Shown: piece after piece, positions 24,161 to 38,194 of the stretch
Position numbering within the stretch: position 1 is the first letter of the stretch
How the letters are laid out: each line of letters opens with the position of its first letter
Origin: Azolla caroliniana
Lineage: Eukaryota > Plantae > Polypodiophyta
Length of the DNA stretch: 64,000 nt
Assembly (NCBI GenBank): GCA_043228905.1
Contig: JBHGNT010000022.1
Span: 3,968,001-4,032,000 of the forward strand
Reading direction: 5' to 3'
The notes under the pieces: generated by a model
Seen by the model: only the letters and a program-made list of their open reading frames with translations
Databases searched by the model: none
Told to the model about the DNA's origin: nothing
Position numbers and translations under genes: made by a program

Positions 24161-27100
24161 TGTCATGATATGGCAAGACTCGAACCCAAGACCTTATGGT
24201 GTATGGGTCGAGCTCTTAACCATCACACCATCTATTGTAATTTGTAGGATGTTATTATCATTTATGATTTATTATAAGAAATTAATGTATATTCCAGATT
24301 TCTCTAGAACATTCTAGAAGCTTCAGGACTACTCCTGAGAGCACTATAAAAGGAGGCACAAGGCATTGTTTTGAACCAAATTGGTTCAACGCCAGTCTTA
24401 AGCCTCTTAGGCACTTTGTACTTATCCTTCACGTAATATATTAGTTGTTATCATCATATCTCTCTCTCTCTCATCCTCGCTTTCTCTCTCTCCTCTTCTC
24501 TTTTTCTCTCTCGGGAATCTTACACAGTCCCATCCTCTTAGTACTAATAGTACTTCTCTTCTTTAGTACTAATTCTCTCTCTGCTTTAGTACTATTCCTG
24601 ACAGTTTGAACCAATTTGTTCCCTCAAGCCTACTTGTCGTTCTCCCTCATCCTCCTACCCTTTTCCCTGTACTATGGCTACTGTTAGCGCCCAAGAATAT
24701 CAATCTGTTTTCTCCAAGCTACAGTGCCTCAAAGAAAAATTTGTTGCCTTGGAACAAGAAAACCAACGACTGATAGGGGATCTGCAACAAATCGCTCTAG
24801 AAAAACAACAAACACAACAACAACATGGGGAGTTAGTGTTACGGGTATAACAACTCGAAGAAGCATTGCAACAACAAGGATCAAGTCCCCAAGGATTTCA
24901 TAAAGAGCCGAAGATTGGACTTCCTGTGAAATTTGATGGAACGCGATCGCAATTCAGGGGATTCCTTAATCAGGTACGATTAGTCATCCAAATGCATCCT
25001 TCCCGATACCCCACTGATGCATCACGAGTCAGTCTAATAGGCATGTTGCTTTGCGGCTCAGCTTTAGCATGGTTCACTCCGCTTCTAGAAAAACAATCAC
25101 CCTTGCTTAATAACTTTGAAGATTTTATTAGTGAGTTTAAAGCCTGCTTTGGAGACACTGACAACATCAGGACGATAGCCTCTGCCTACGCGACGGATTT
25201 CTGTCTACTCGCCTCAAATATCCCCTGGGATGATCAGGCACTAATGGAGCAGTTTCGCTACGGCCTGTGAAACGATGTAAAAGATTTACTTTTAACCTTC
25301 CCCGAAGAACCGAAATCTCTTACGGAGGCAATCAGTCGAGCGGTCCGATGTGACAACCGCCTTTTTGAACGGCGTTCCGAATGTCAATTACAAATACCAT
25401 GGTCTAGGCCGGAGCCCACTTACGCCTCAGTCGCGTCTAAACTGTTTGCACAAGACATACCTCAAGCAAATACTCCGACACTGATGGAGATCGATACCAT
25501 GCGTCGACGTGGCCCGTTATCGGAAGAAGAAAAGCAACGATGACGTGCAAATCGGTTATGTCTTTATTGCGGTGGACCAGGGCATATCGCAATCAATTGT
25601 CCCCATAGGCCAAGAAGACAGGTAAATCAATTCGTAGCCTGTACTAAACCCGAGTAAATTATTCCCTTAGGAGTGTTTGATAGTATTAATAGTAATAATA
25701 GCCCAAGTATCTCAAACAAATTTGAAATCCTTAGTCAATTAGATGAAGAGTTAAACGATTGAGTCCAACCAAAATAGGAGCCGTTTGGTTGGACATCCCT
25801 AGATCTGTACAACCCATTAGTGGTTCCATTCCCTCCAAGCAAGTTAGCAATGTGTTCCTAGCCCAAGTCTTGGTTAGTACTAAAAGTACTCCCCTAGTAC
25901 ATGTCCTAGCACTTCAAGATTCCGGAGCTAATTCTTGTTTCATGGATCGAAATTTTTCCCAAGCTTCTCAGATATCCTTAAGAAAACTTCCTTGCCCCGC
26001 ATCTGTAGTAGTCATTGATGGTCGTCCCATTGCTTCCGGGAATATTGTAGAAGAGTCAGAACCCATTTAGGTTGTCTTAGGTAGTTTTGTGTGTGTAGTC
26101 TCATTTAATATAATTAGTAGTCCAGAGCATCCCATTGTCCTGGGATTACATTGGTTTGAACTACATAATCTAGACATAGATTGGAGAACAAGAGAAGTCC
26201 GACATCGACAACCCCAAGAATCTACTCATCGAGTTTCAACCATTTCACTACGTCAACTACGCGAAGAAGGACACAAGGAGGCAATGTTCCTATTTTCCAT
26301 ATCAGTACATCCTTCCAGTACTATTAAGGAAGAATCCTTAGTACAACTTCCGGCGAAATATCATCCTTATGCCGATGTATTTGACAAGGTAAAAGCCGGT
26401 ACTCTTCCTCATCATCGTCCCTATGATTGTCCCATCGATCTACAACCGGGAGCAGAGCCACCATGGGGACCAATCCACAACTTGTCACCCACCGAGTTAG
26501 AAGTCCTTCGAGCCTACATAGAGGAGAACTTGGCAAGCGGGTTTATTCGTCATTCAAAATCCCCGGCCGGAGCACCCATCTCCTTTGTCAAAAAGAAAGA
26601 TGGCTCACTTCGTCTCGTCATTGATTACCGCGGCTTAAATAAGGTCACCATCCGGAATAGGTATGCACTTCCTCTTATATCAAGTCTTTTAGAGTGAGTT
26701 AATGGTGCCAAGTTTTTTACAAAAATCGATCTACGAGGCGCGTATAACCTCGTGCGGATCCGTCCGGGATGGAAGACCGCCTTTCGCACGCGGTATGGGC
26801 ATTTCGAATATACTGTTATGCCATTCGGTCTAACCAATGCACCCACAATCTTCCAACACATGGCAAATGATATATTCAGAGACCTCTTGGATATCTGTTT
26901 GATCATCTATCTGGATGATCTATTGATTTATTCAAAGACCCAAGAAGAGAACGATTCTCATGTACTATTAGTACTAAACCGACTCCGCGAGAATGGTCTT
27001 TATGCCAAGCTAGAAAAATGTAGCTTTGACTGCAAGCAAGTGGAATTTCTAGGCTACGTTATCTCCTCAAAGGGCATCTCCATGGATCCAGCTAAAGTCC

Positions 27101-29768
27101 AAACTATGCTAGAGTGGCAAATTCCACAGTCGGTACGAGATGTACAATGTTTTCTAGGTTTTGCTAACTTCTACCGCAAGTTTATACAGGATTACTCGAA
27201 GATTATTTTACCTCTCACACAACTTACGGAGAAGGGACAAGCATTTCTTTGGTCCAATGAAGCGGACATGGCTTTTCGGCATCTTAAGAAAGCCTTTACA
27301 TCAGCACCTATTCTAGCTCATGTGGATACAAGCAAACCATTCATCATTGAGGCCGACACATCAGATTTCGCCCTCGGTAGCATCCTTTCTCAACAAGGAG
27401 ATAAAGAAGAGTTACATCCTGTGGCTTTCCATTCGCGCAAATTCGATGCTGCAGAAATCAACTACGAAATACATGACAAGGAGTTATTAGCCATCGTGGA
27501 TTCATTTGTGCAATGGCGGCATTTTTGGGAGGGCTCTCCACATCAGGTCATCGTCTTCAGTGATCACAAGAATCTCTCTTATTTCCAAAACGCTCGTGTG
27601 CTAAATCGACGACAAGCTAGGTGGGCTCAATTCCTCACACGTTTTGATTTCAAAATCGCATATCAACTGGGGAAGCAGCAAGGAAAGGCAGATGCACTAT
27701 CATGGTGTTCATATCTTGCACCTCGTCCTGGTGATCCAGCGTTCGATAATCAAAAGCAAGTAATCTTGGGACCAACATGATTGCACACAACGCAGATTTT
27801 TCACACCCCAATGGATTCCCAGATTACCGACACCATACGTGCGAACTTGAAGACGGACAATTTTGCTCAAGTCATTCTGGCGCACATTGATACCTCTTGG
27901 GCATCCTGTTCCCAGTCTCAACAACCAGGTATGGACTACCAACAATTCGAATATCATGATGGTTAGCTATTCTTTAAAAAGCTTGTATATGTCCCCGATT
28001 GCTCTTGTCGCCTTCAAATCATCCAAAGTTTTCACGACACCCATATGGCGGGACATTTCGGTAGCACTAAGACGTTGGATCTAGTTTAACGATCCTTTTG
28101 GTGGCCCATATGCGACGTTTTGTTGACGACTACGTTCGGACTTGTGATGCTTGCTGCCGAGCAAAGATGCCACGACACCATCCATATGGCTTGTTGGAAC
28201 CCTTATCGATTCCAAGTAAGCCGTGGCAATCTATTTGTCTTGACTTTATCACAGATCTGCCAGTCTCGAAGGGGTTCGATGCTATCTTAACCGTCATCGA
28301 TCGATATACGAAGATGGCACATTTGGTGCCGTGTTCTACGGCCATCACTAGCGAGGAAACCGCCGCCCTTGTCATGCGTGAGGTATTTGGACATCATGGC
28401 GTCCCAGCCAGTATCATCAGTGATCAAGGACCGCAATTCGTTTCCAAATTTTGGTAGCATCTCTTCAAGATGCTCAAGGTCTCTTGCAACCTCTCCTCCG
28501 GCTACCATCCTCAGACCGATGGGCAGGCGGAACGAACAAACCAAACACTGGAGCAATATCTCCGGTGTTTCTTGAGTTATCAATAGGACGATTGGGGCGA
28601 GATTCTCCATTTTGCAGAGTTTGCGTATAATAATGTTGTTCACACCTTGATTCAAGTCTCCCCATTCTACTCTTATACCAGTTCTCATCCTCGCTGGTCG
28701 GGGATCGACACCCCGGAGCTACCTACCAATCCTCGTGCCGAGGATCATTTGGAGAGACTACGCAAGATCCGGATGGATCTCTCTACTCATCTTCGTCATG
28801 CTCAACAGACACAGAAGACTTATGAGGATCGTCATCGGCTTCCCTCCTCTTTTGCCATCGGAGATTCAGTATGGCTTTTACGTCGTCACATCAAGACCGT
28901 GTGACAAGTTGGATTATCGATGACTCGGTCCTTTCCGTATTACCGGTAAGGTTAATGATGTCACGTTCCGCCTTGATCTTCCTCCGCATCTTCGGATACA
29001 TCCGGTCTTCCACATTTCTCTTCTTGAACCTTATAAAGCAAACACTATTCCCGATCGTATTACACCACCGCCGCCCCCGCTTGAGCTAGACACCAGCCCG
29101 GAGTATGAAGTTGTTGCCATCCTCGACTCCAAATTTGTTTGCAACAAACTTTATTATTTGGTCGATTGGCTCGGCTATAGTCCGAGCAAACGTACTTGGG
29201 AGCCCGTCGAGCATGTCGCCAATGCTCAAGATCTTCTTGCTGATTTTCACCGACAGTATCCCGACAAACCCGGTCCTCAATCAGCGTCGACTCGTTCCAC
29301 TCGTCGTCTTAAGGGGGGAATAGTGTCATGATATGGCGAGACTCGAACCCATGACCTTATGGTATATGGGTCGAGCTCTTAACCATCATACCATCTATTG
29401 TAATTTGTAGGATATTATTTTCATTTATACTTCATTATAAGAAATTAATGTATATTCTGGATTTCTCTGGAACATTCTAGAAGCTTCAGGACTACTCCTA
29501 AGAGCACTATAAAAGGAGGCACAAGGCATTGTTTTGAACCAAATTGGTTCAACGCCAGTTTTAAGCCTCTTAGCCACTTTGTACTTATCCTTCACATAAT
29601 ATATTAGTTGTTATCATCATCTCTCTCTCTCTCTCTCATCCTCGCTATCTCTCTCTCCTCTTCTCTCTTTCTCTCTCGGGAATCTTACACAGTCTCATCC
29701 TCTTAGTACTAATAGTACTTCTCTTTTTTAGTACTAATTCTCTCTCTGCTTTAGTACTATTCCTGACA
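24161..29768 (+). mobile_element. Element D: full-length Tcn1-like chromovirus, degenerate, inserted in the 5' LTR of C
   Basis: LTRs at 24161-24603 and 29324-29768. TSD CATAT. gag starts at 24674; RT IIYLDDLLIYS; chromodomain YLVDWLGYSPSKRTWEP; PPT AAGGGGGGAA. Confidence 0.95.
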
Positions 29769-29933
29769 CATATATTTCTTTCTTACAATATATTTCATAT
29801 TCTTAATTGCCTTAGAATTTTCTTTTCTCCTAGTCCAAAACCTGAGTGGTTCCCGCCCAGCTCACGTAACGATCCGGAGCCGAAAGGCACGAAACATTTT
29901 GTGAACCCGACGTGAACACGGGTGGCAAGAAGA

Positions 29934-31970
29934 TGGAAAATCAATGGAAAATCAACCTGAGGCTAACAACATGATGATGATGTTCGAGCAGATGCTTCAA
30001 GAACAACGTGCGATGTCGGAGATAGCGGCGGCAGTAGAGCGGCTCGTGCAACGGATCGGGCAATTCAATGGAAAGGACGCATCACGCTATCTTCGGGACT
30101 ACAAGGTGGAAATGCTATGGTGCGGGATTTCGGTAGGACTGCAAGTGACATCCTTCAACCGGGTGGCTACCGACGGGCTTCAAGCAAGTATCCATGGGCT
30201 ACGACAACAAAATTCGACGTGGGAAGCGTTTGAAGAGGTGCTAAAGACCACGTTCGCTATTGAGGACTCCTCCAAGGCAACGGGGAGAGGATTCGAGGAT
30301 TGGGTGGAAACGTCGGACAAGGGGATGAAGGTCCTCGATGTGTTTTCGGCATTCGAAAGTCGGTTCGGCAGGTTGTCTGGGAGAGATCAAGCTATCCTCG
30401 CACCGGACAAAGTTATCATGTTCTTACGAGCCGTAGACGTTCGGGACCAGAAGGATCTTGGAGTGATTCTAGAGGACACGACTACCGAGAGTGGCCTCAC
30501 CGAAACATGGGAAAGCGTGCGGGATATCATCGCACGATACACAAAGAGGGGGCAATGGCTTGCCAACGAAGAAAAGAGGGTTTCGGAACCAATTCCGAAA
30601 CCGAGATCCAGATCGAAAGACCATCAACCGCGGGCTCGGGAAGCTACGACCGAGAAGGGAATCGACGCAATTACGGTGAAGAAGGGAATCTAAAAATCAC
30701 GATGGTGAAGAAGTCGGATGATTGTCCCACAAGTTCCAAGTATATGGACCGTCGGTGCATATGGTGCGATAGCACCGAACATGATCGGAGGGATTGTGAC
30801 GAGCACAAGGAAGCGCTACGACGGGATCTTATCTACTACGAGGGAAATCAGATTCATTCGATGGACTGTCGGAAGCTGCTCCAACCGAACTTCCGAAAAG
30901 GCGGCATGAGGAAGGTCCTAGAGGAGGAAATAGCGGCGAAGAGCAATTATGCGACAACCGCGGGAATATGTGTCGGGGAGTAATCGGGAGTAAAGGTGTC
31001 TTTTTGGCCAGAAGTGCTAGAAAACACCGAGAAAACCGACTCCAACGAGATCCGAAGCACCGTGGAAGGCATTCAGGAAGCTACAGGATGGGAGTGCCCC
31101 GTCGATAAGAATAGCGTATACGCCCTATGTCAATTACATGAGGTGTATGTGGACGAGAAGCGACGACGCACGGAGGATGTGGCCGGACCATCGAAGACAC
31201 CAGAGAGCTGGAACTCCGACGGAAGAGGGAAAGGAAAAATGATTCTGACATTCAAACTCGCTTCAGACATCGAGCAACGGACGGACATAAAGAAAGTGTT
31301 CGAGGAGAGAATCCTTGACAGCTGAGTAGATTTTTCGCTTCTGGAACTACTCGGAATAGCAAAAAAGGAGTTCCATGATCTTCTTGTGGATCTTGTGAAA
31401 AGAAAAAGACAAACTACAAAGGAAAATGCGCCGATGGTGAATGCAAATACCGTTCTGATGAACGACACCGAAGTGGAGGACGAGATTCCGAATTCCCACT
31501 ATACAAAGCCACACTGGGCGCGTGCAACTACCAAGACTCCGGTCCGAATCGGCAACATCAAAGAGCCCGTGCTAGCATTGATTGATCACGGATCGGAGAT
31601 CAATTTGATGTCTAAGGAGTTCTACCGGAAGGGGAAGTGGCCTATTAACACCAATCATGGATGGAAGATCCGGGTGGCCACCAAAGCAACGGAAGATCTA
31701 TTTGCGGCTTGTCCGGATGTGACGGTGAAGATCGGGGATGTCGAGATCGACCAAAATTTCTTTGTACAAGACAAGGTCTCACACTCCATGATCCTCGGGC
31801 AACCCTTTATCACGGCTTCACGGATGGAGACGAAGATGCTCGATAGCGGTGCGACTTTTGCACGAATTCGGAGCGAAAACGGAGGGAAATCCGTCCAATT
31901 CCTAACGGTGCTGGCAAATCATGAAAGGAACAAGAGGGAGCTCTTGTCCCAAACAAGAATGGATTTTTAG
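29934..31970 (+). pseudogene. gag-protease of element C
   Basis: ERLVQRIGQFNGKDASRYLRDY; knuckle CIWCDSTEHDRRDC; protease LIDHGSEINLM. Contains frameshifts and stops. Confidence 0.85.
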
Positions 31971-34900
31971 AGCGGACTATTGCGAAGTGGGGAAGTGATA
32001 GTCCGAGAAGCCCTGATACCCCACGCAGGAAGAAAACTTTCGGAGCAAAACAAGTACGAATCGGTCCGGATGGGGCATCCACGTACACAGCCGTAACCGG
32101 AGGAATGAAGAAAGAATACCAAAAAGTGGAGGATAAGTTACGGTCGGCATCAATAATTAAAGAAGATGAAGAAATCGTGGGAATAGTTGAAGAAGTGTTC
32201 TATGGGAGCATGCGACAATGGCTTGAAGAGCTTGCGAAAGATACAAGCCAGGGAAATTGGGTAATTCCGGTGGAATCGATCAAGATGTACGAGATCATTG
32301 CGAAAATGGGGCCGGATACGCTCCGCAAAGAAGAAGCAATGGTAAGTACGAAATACAAGACTGTGGAGAAGAAAGTGAAACCGGCCGCGGGATCATTACC
32401 TGCCGATAGCGAGCAAAAGAGGAAAGAAGTCTCGGGAGATCTCACACTTCGGAAATCTGTGGATATCGGACATGCCTTCACGGATGAGACCCAGAAGAAA
32501 CTTTGGATCGGTGGAGGTGGTTTCCTTTTACAAAATGAAGAAGAACGATTCTGTGGGATGTTGGAACAACATGGGAAAGCATTTGCATTCACATCGAAGG
32601 AGATTGGGTGCATTGATCCGAAGATAGTGGAGCCAATGGTGATCTTCATGATTGAGCATGTGCTGTGGAACCTGAAGCCGATTCCGGTGCTGCAAGCGTA
32701 TATTCCCAAAATCATCGACTTGCTCAAGGAGAAGGTGGCGAAGGGGATTCTAGAGCCATCAAACGCTCCGTACTCAAATCGATGGTTTACGGTTTCGAAG
32801 AAGAATGGGTCACTCTGATTTATCCAAGACTTGCAACCAATGAACAAGGTCACGATCTGGAACTCCGGAGTCGGTCCGATAGTGGGCTAGTTTGAATGTG
32901 CATACTACCACAAGGGGCGACAAACTCGGTTGCACATATGATGAACGCGATGAACAAGGTGCGTCAAGATTGCATACTGGAGATAACGATGTTGTTCGTA
33001 GATGAAATTCCGATGAAAGGATGTGCGGTGGAAGAAAAAGATGAAACTATGGATGATCGAGGATGTCGAAAGTTCGTAGTCGACCATATTCGTGATTGCA
33101 AGAAAGTGCTTCGAAAGTTAGAAGATGTGCACCTAACACTTTCCGGGGAGAAATCGGCATTCGGGCAAGAAGAGATGTTGGTAGTCGGACATTTATGTGG
33201 GCCCTTCGGCTGAAGACCGTCACCGACCAAGATCGATGCGATTCAAGCTATGAAAGAAATATGCGAGTCACAATCCGGAGTCCGAAGGTTTCTCGGAGCA
33301 TGTGCATTCTACCACATATGGATTCCGCACTATGCACATATTGCGGACCCACTCTATCACTTGTTCCGGAAGGGTAAGAAGTTCGAATGGAAACCGGAGC
33401 ATACCAAAGCCGGGAAGAAGCTCAAGAAATCACTACAGAGGGCAAAAGCACTAAAGAAGCCGAACTATGACCGACCGATCATAGTAACGGTTGACACAAG
33501 TCCAACCGGAATTGGATGGGTCATCAATCAAGCTGATCCGGATGGTTCACGATCTCCGATTCAATTTGGAGGAAAGGTTCTCAACGAAAGGCAACACGGG
33601 TATGCACAAGTCAAAAGAGAATTATGGGGAGTCGTGTCGGCAATCAAATCGGATCGAGATTATTTTATCGGAGCCGAAGTAGTGATCGAAACGGATTGTC
33701 TTCTGATACTCGGGATGATGCGGTGTTGCATGATACCAGATGTGGCTATGCTAAGGTGGATGCATATGTGAAGTCGCTTAACCCGGACGTATGACACATC
33801 TCTAGAAAAGACAACGCGGTAGCGGATATGCTATGAAGGGCTCGGTTTGGAGACGACATAGCCGAATCTAATAATGAAGAAGTTTCTAAAGACTACTTTG
33901 CTTTGGATCACATATGCCGAGTAAACGTAATCCGAGCATTCCGAGAAGAAGAATACGAGGGAGAAAGCTTGACGATCGGGAAGATGCTACAAGAGATCGA
34001 GGTGTCAACGAATGATAAAGAAAAGAGAGCCGAGATTCGAAGTAAGAAGGGACAAGTCCGAAAGTTCTTCTTGAAAAATGGATTAATATGGAGGGAGCCG
34101 AAAAGACCGGATGGTATACCACTTCGGGTAGTTGGGACGAAAGAGCAATGAAACCGGATAATATCCGACTTTCATGAATCCGATTGGGCTGGACATCGAG
34201 GAACATCGGCAACTTTTGTGAAAATCAAACAAAAATATTGGTGGAAGAATATGTACAAAGATGTAGCGGAGTTCACGGGAAGTTGCGAGGAGTGTCAAGT
34301 CTACTCCGGGGTTCGACACCAAGATGAATTACATCCGACATTTTCACCGACAATCAACTTCAAGTGGATGGTCGACATTGTAGCCATGCCAACCGGGATC
34401 GGACAAAAGAAGTACTTGGTGTTAGCTCGGGAAGATCTCACAAAGCAAGTAGAAGGTCGAGCACTACGAAGGAAAACATGTTCTGCGGTATGCCAATTTC
34501 TTTTGGAGGACAGTGCTACCGTGGAAGGAAGAGATGAGTCGGGAAGAACTACTAGCAGTCCGGATATGACAACTAGAGGGAAAACCGGAAGACATAGCGG
34601 AAACAATACGCCGACAACAAGAAGCGCGATTCCAGAATAAAAGCCGGTTCGACACAAAGCATCGACTACGACCGCGGAAGATTGAAGAAGGATATTGGGT
34701 GATTGTCTACGACAGTAGTTTGGATCATCAACATACAACGATGCGGAAGTTTGCGAAAAGGTGGTTCGGGTCATACGAGGTTCGGAAAGTTTTCGACAAC
34801 GGAACTTACCGACTATGCGAGTTGGATGGAACGATGCTACGAATGCCTATAGTTGGGAAATGGGTGAAGATTTTCAAGAAGCGGACTGATGAAGAACCCT

Positions 34901-35037
34901 ATGTGATCCCAGACAAGACCGACAAGGGGGAGCAATTAGACGAAGATGGCGGTGATACGGAAAGCGAAGAAAGAGGATTACAACTCATAGTCGACTTAAG
35001 GGGAGAATCGGAGGAAGCTTCGGATGAAGGTGAATAG
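31967..35037 (+). pseudogene. pol (RT, RNase H, integrase) of element C, in the -1 frame relative to gag-pro, with internal deletions
   Basis: GILEPSNAPYSNRWF, LPQGATNSVAH, VRRFLGAC, VTVDTSPTGIG, YWWKNMYKDV..CEECQ, KRWFGSYEVRKV. Confidence 0.85.
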
Positions 35038-36399
35038 CAAGCATCGGGGACTTCGGCACATACCAGAGGATGTGCAGGTTCGGAGGGGGCGAGTGTCGTA
35101 GTGTGAATCACACACTACGTGAAATATGTAAAATACTATATTCGATTTAAAGTGCGTATAATAAATAAAATAAAATATTAAAATAAACATATTTATTACG
35201 TGCATAGGGCAAGATTCAAACCCTATACCTCCACGTAGACAAACCTCAACCTTACCATTGTACTAACTTATCCTTAGTATTCTATAAATGTAGATTTAAT
35301 TACCTATAAGACCTTTATTTACGTCTGCCTTTATTAAAAGGTAAACCATGCATTTTTAGAGTGTGTGAATACTTTATAAACCAATAAAAAAATACTCGTG
35401 CACATCTAGCGTGCATGAGCACCATATTTAGGAAATAAAAGTATAGTGGAAAAGAGAACTCATGCACATTTAGTGTGCATGAACACTTTTAGGAAAAGTA
35501 GGAAGTTATGCTTAGTCTCTCCCATCCTTATATAAGGAGGAGAGAAATATGTATAAGGTTGTTGATTATTTTACAAGGGTTGATTAATATAATATATTCG
35601 TGGGATTCACGAATTTGCCAACTATTTTTCTCTCTTAATCTGAGTACTCACTAATACACTATACTCGTGGGATTCACGAGTTTTTCATATCTTTCTTTCT
35701 TACAATATATTTCATATTCTTAATTGCCTTAGAATATTCTTTTCTCCTAGTCCAAAACCTCAGTGGTTCCCGCCCGACTCACATAACGATCCGGAGTCGA
35801 AAGGCACGACAACGGGAATCCAATGGAGTGTCACAAACCCACATGGGTAAAAGCATGCGAGTGGAAACACTATTATATCTAATTAGCTACTAAAATGGCC
35901 ATAGCTAATTAGCTATTTGTTTAGCTAGTCTTTTTTGTGGGAAAATCAAATATTTGAAAAACTAATTTATGAAAAAACTCAAATATTTGAACTTCTGTTT
36001 CAAATGTAGTGGAACTTGGGGAATAGCACCATCATCTAAGGTCGACTTCAATGTCATCAATTTCTTGTTTAGCCTAAGTCCGATTTTGAACGCAGATGGA
36101 GTACTCAGAGCACAAACGCAGATGTAGCTCCCGCAACAGTAGAAAATCGACATTGCAGATTGAGAGCTACAACACAGAACTCGCTCGATCATCGTCCAGG
36201 TATGTTTCAGTTACAAAAACCCCAAACATTTGTTTTTTCTTTTTGACTACTGTCTGAACTTTGGTGCCGATTCATATTTCCCCAAAATCGAATAGGGCGA
36301 AGTCCTTGGAGTCCCATACAAGGATGTCTCCCAAATCAGGGAGTAGCAACAGGTGTGTTTATATTACTTTTTTTGTGTTTAATCCTATCTTTAGTGATC

Positions 36400-36920
36400 A
36401 TTGGGGTTTCTGATTGAAATTTCTGATTAGGGTTTTTGTTTATAAATTTCTGATTAGGGTTTCTAATTGAAATTTCTGATTAGGGTTTTTGATTATAAAT
36501 TTCTGATTAGAATTTCTGAATAGGGTTTCTGGTTACAAATTTTGATTACAGATTAGAATTTCTGAATAGGGTTTTTGTTTATAAATTTTTGTTTAGGATT
36601 TCTGATTAGGGTTTGTGATTGAAATTTCAGATTAGGGTTTTTTATTATAAATTTCTGATTAGAATTTCTGAATAGGGTTTCTGGTTACAAACTTCTGATT
36701 ACAGATTTTGATTAGGGTTTCTGATTTCAAACTTCTGATTACAGATTTTGATTAGGGTTTCTGATTTCAAACTTCTGATTACAGATTTTGATTAGGGTTT
36801 CTGATTTCAAATTTCTGAATACAGATTATGATTAGGGTTTCTGATTTGCTAAGTTAAAGATTTTGCACCATTTTTGTTGTTGTTGATTGGGGTTTCTGAT
36901 TCTCACATATTCTGATTTCT
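36400..36920. repeat. Intronic degenerate tandem array of TTTCTGATTAGGGTTT (telo-box-like TAGGGTTT)
   Basis: Many copies visible, including ~38-bp higher-order units at 36690-36845. Confidence 0.9.
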
Positions 36921-38194
36921 GAAATGATATTTCAGATGGCTCGTTCCTCCGTATACAAGAGTGCTAAACTTCGCAAAATTTTGCGAGACAAAGGAGGACT
37001 TACAAAACACCTATGGTCTGTCACTCGAGGGTGTTGACCCTGCTATCCTAAGTGATAAATTGATCAGTGATGTAGAGTGGATGACAGTATATACAGTGCC
37101 TAGAGTCAAAGGCAAGGTCAAGCTGAAGCATGTACGAGCCGACTTGTACGATGACTGCATGAGACTACACCAGAATGTTCATCAGGAGATCCCAGTCAAC
37201 AATGAGTTGTCAATTTCATTTGCTAGAGCATTTGCATATGAGTACTGCAAAACAACGAAGGAATCCAGAGACCCTGAAATGTATAGGGTAGCTTGGGCAG
37301 TCTATGGTGAGGCATCGGTAAAAAGATGCAAAAAGATGGGGACCTTGGCACAAAAAATAGACAGATTTTGGAGCATGACAGCTGTTGATGCAACTGCCGA
37401 CTCCTAGCAAGACTGGGGGCATACACCACACCGACACCCAAGGAAAGCCAATGTCGATGATACAGGTGAGACATTGGTTAGCTATATGCTAAAAAATGTC
37501 CATGAAGCCTGTGAGACATTGGCATTTTTTAAGACTAATTTAGAGAAAGCCACAATGGCTTCTGCAATGGAGAGCAAAGTTACTTCCGCTGTTACAACGA
37601 TTAGAAATAAGATTCAGGTAACTATTGTTTTGTGGGTATGTGATTGTGTTATAAATAACTTTAAGGGTAAAATGTGCTAATCAAGCATTATCTGGAATAG
37701 GTTGCGCAACAGGAGCTTGAATTAGAGGGGCCACTGGATCCCCAACGTAAAATACAACTGCAAATAGAGATCCAGGTTCTTTCAATGAACCTGGACCTTC
37801 TAGGTGTAAATACTGTTGCAGATTACAATTTGGATAAGCTTCAAGTAAGTTAACGATTCCTGAGCAAAGTTGGTGTATCTTTCAACAACAGGAATAATTA
37901 ATCGGTAAATTTCTCTGTTGCGTTGAAGGAACAATACATTCATCAAGAACAGGTAGTTGGCTGCCTTAAGAAGCAGCTACATTTTGTGGAGGGAATGGTA
38001 AGGACCAGATAGGATTTGGACCTGAACATTCTTGCTCCCTTACCAAATGAGCGTCTTTGTTGGTTCACCTACAACCATGCAACCACACATACCATCTGCT
38101 TTGTTTTCAACATGCCTGTCGAATTGTTGCATTCTGTTTGGGAGATTGCAGTACAGCTCTACCAAATGAGTGGAGAAAACTAACAGGTATACCA

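Larger units (their letters stand above)
23569..35811 (+). mobile_element. Element C: Ty3/gypsy with a tRNA-Trp PBS and a divergent RT (LPQGATNSV / FVD(E)IP), degenerate
   Basis: 5' LTR is 23569-24160 plus 29774-29894 (split by D); 3' LTR is 35094-35811. PBS TTGTGAACCCGACGTGAA at 29899-29916. PPT GGAGGGGGCGAG at 35082-35093. Flanks ATGG/ACGG form a 4-bp TSD with one CpG transition. Confidence 0.9.

Noticed and set aside
36400-36920. Interstitial telomere
   Set aside because: The TAGGGTTT motifs are isolated within longer units and do not form tandem TTTAGGG.
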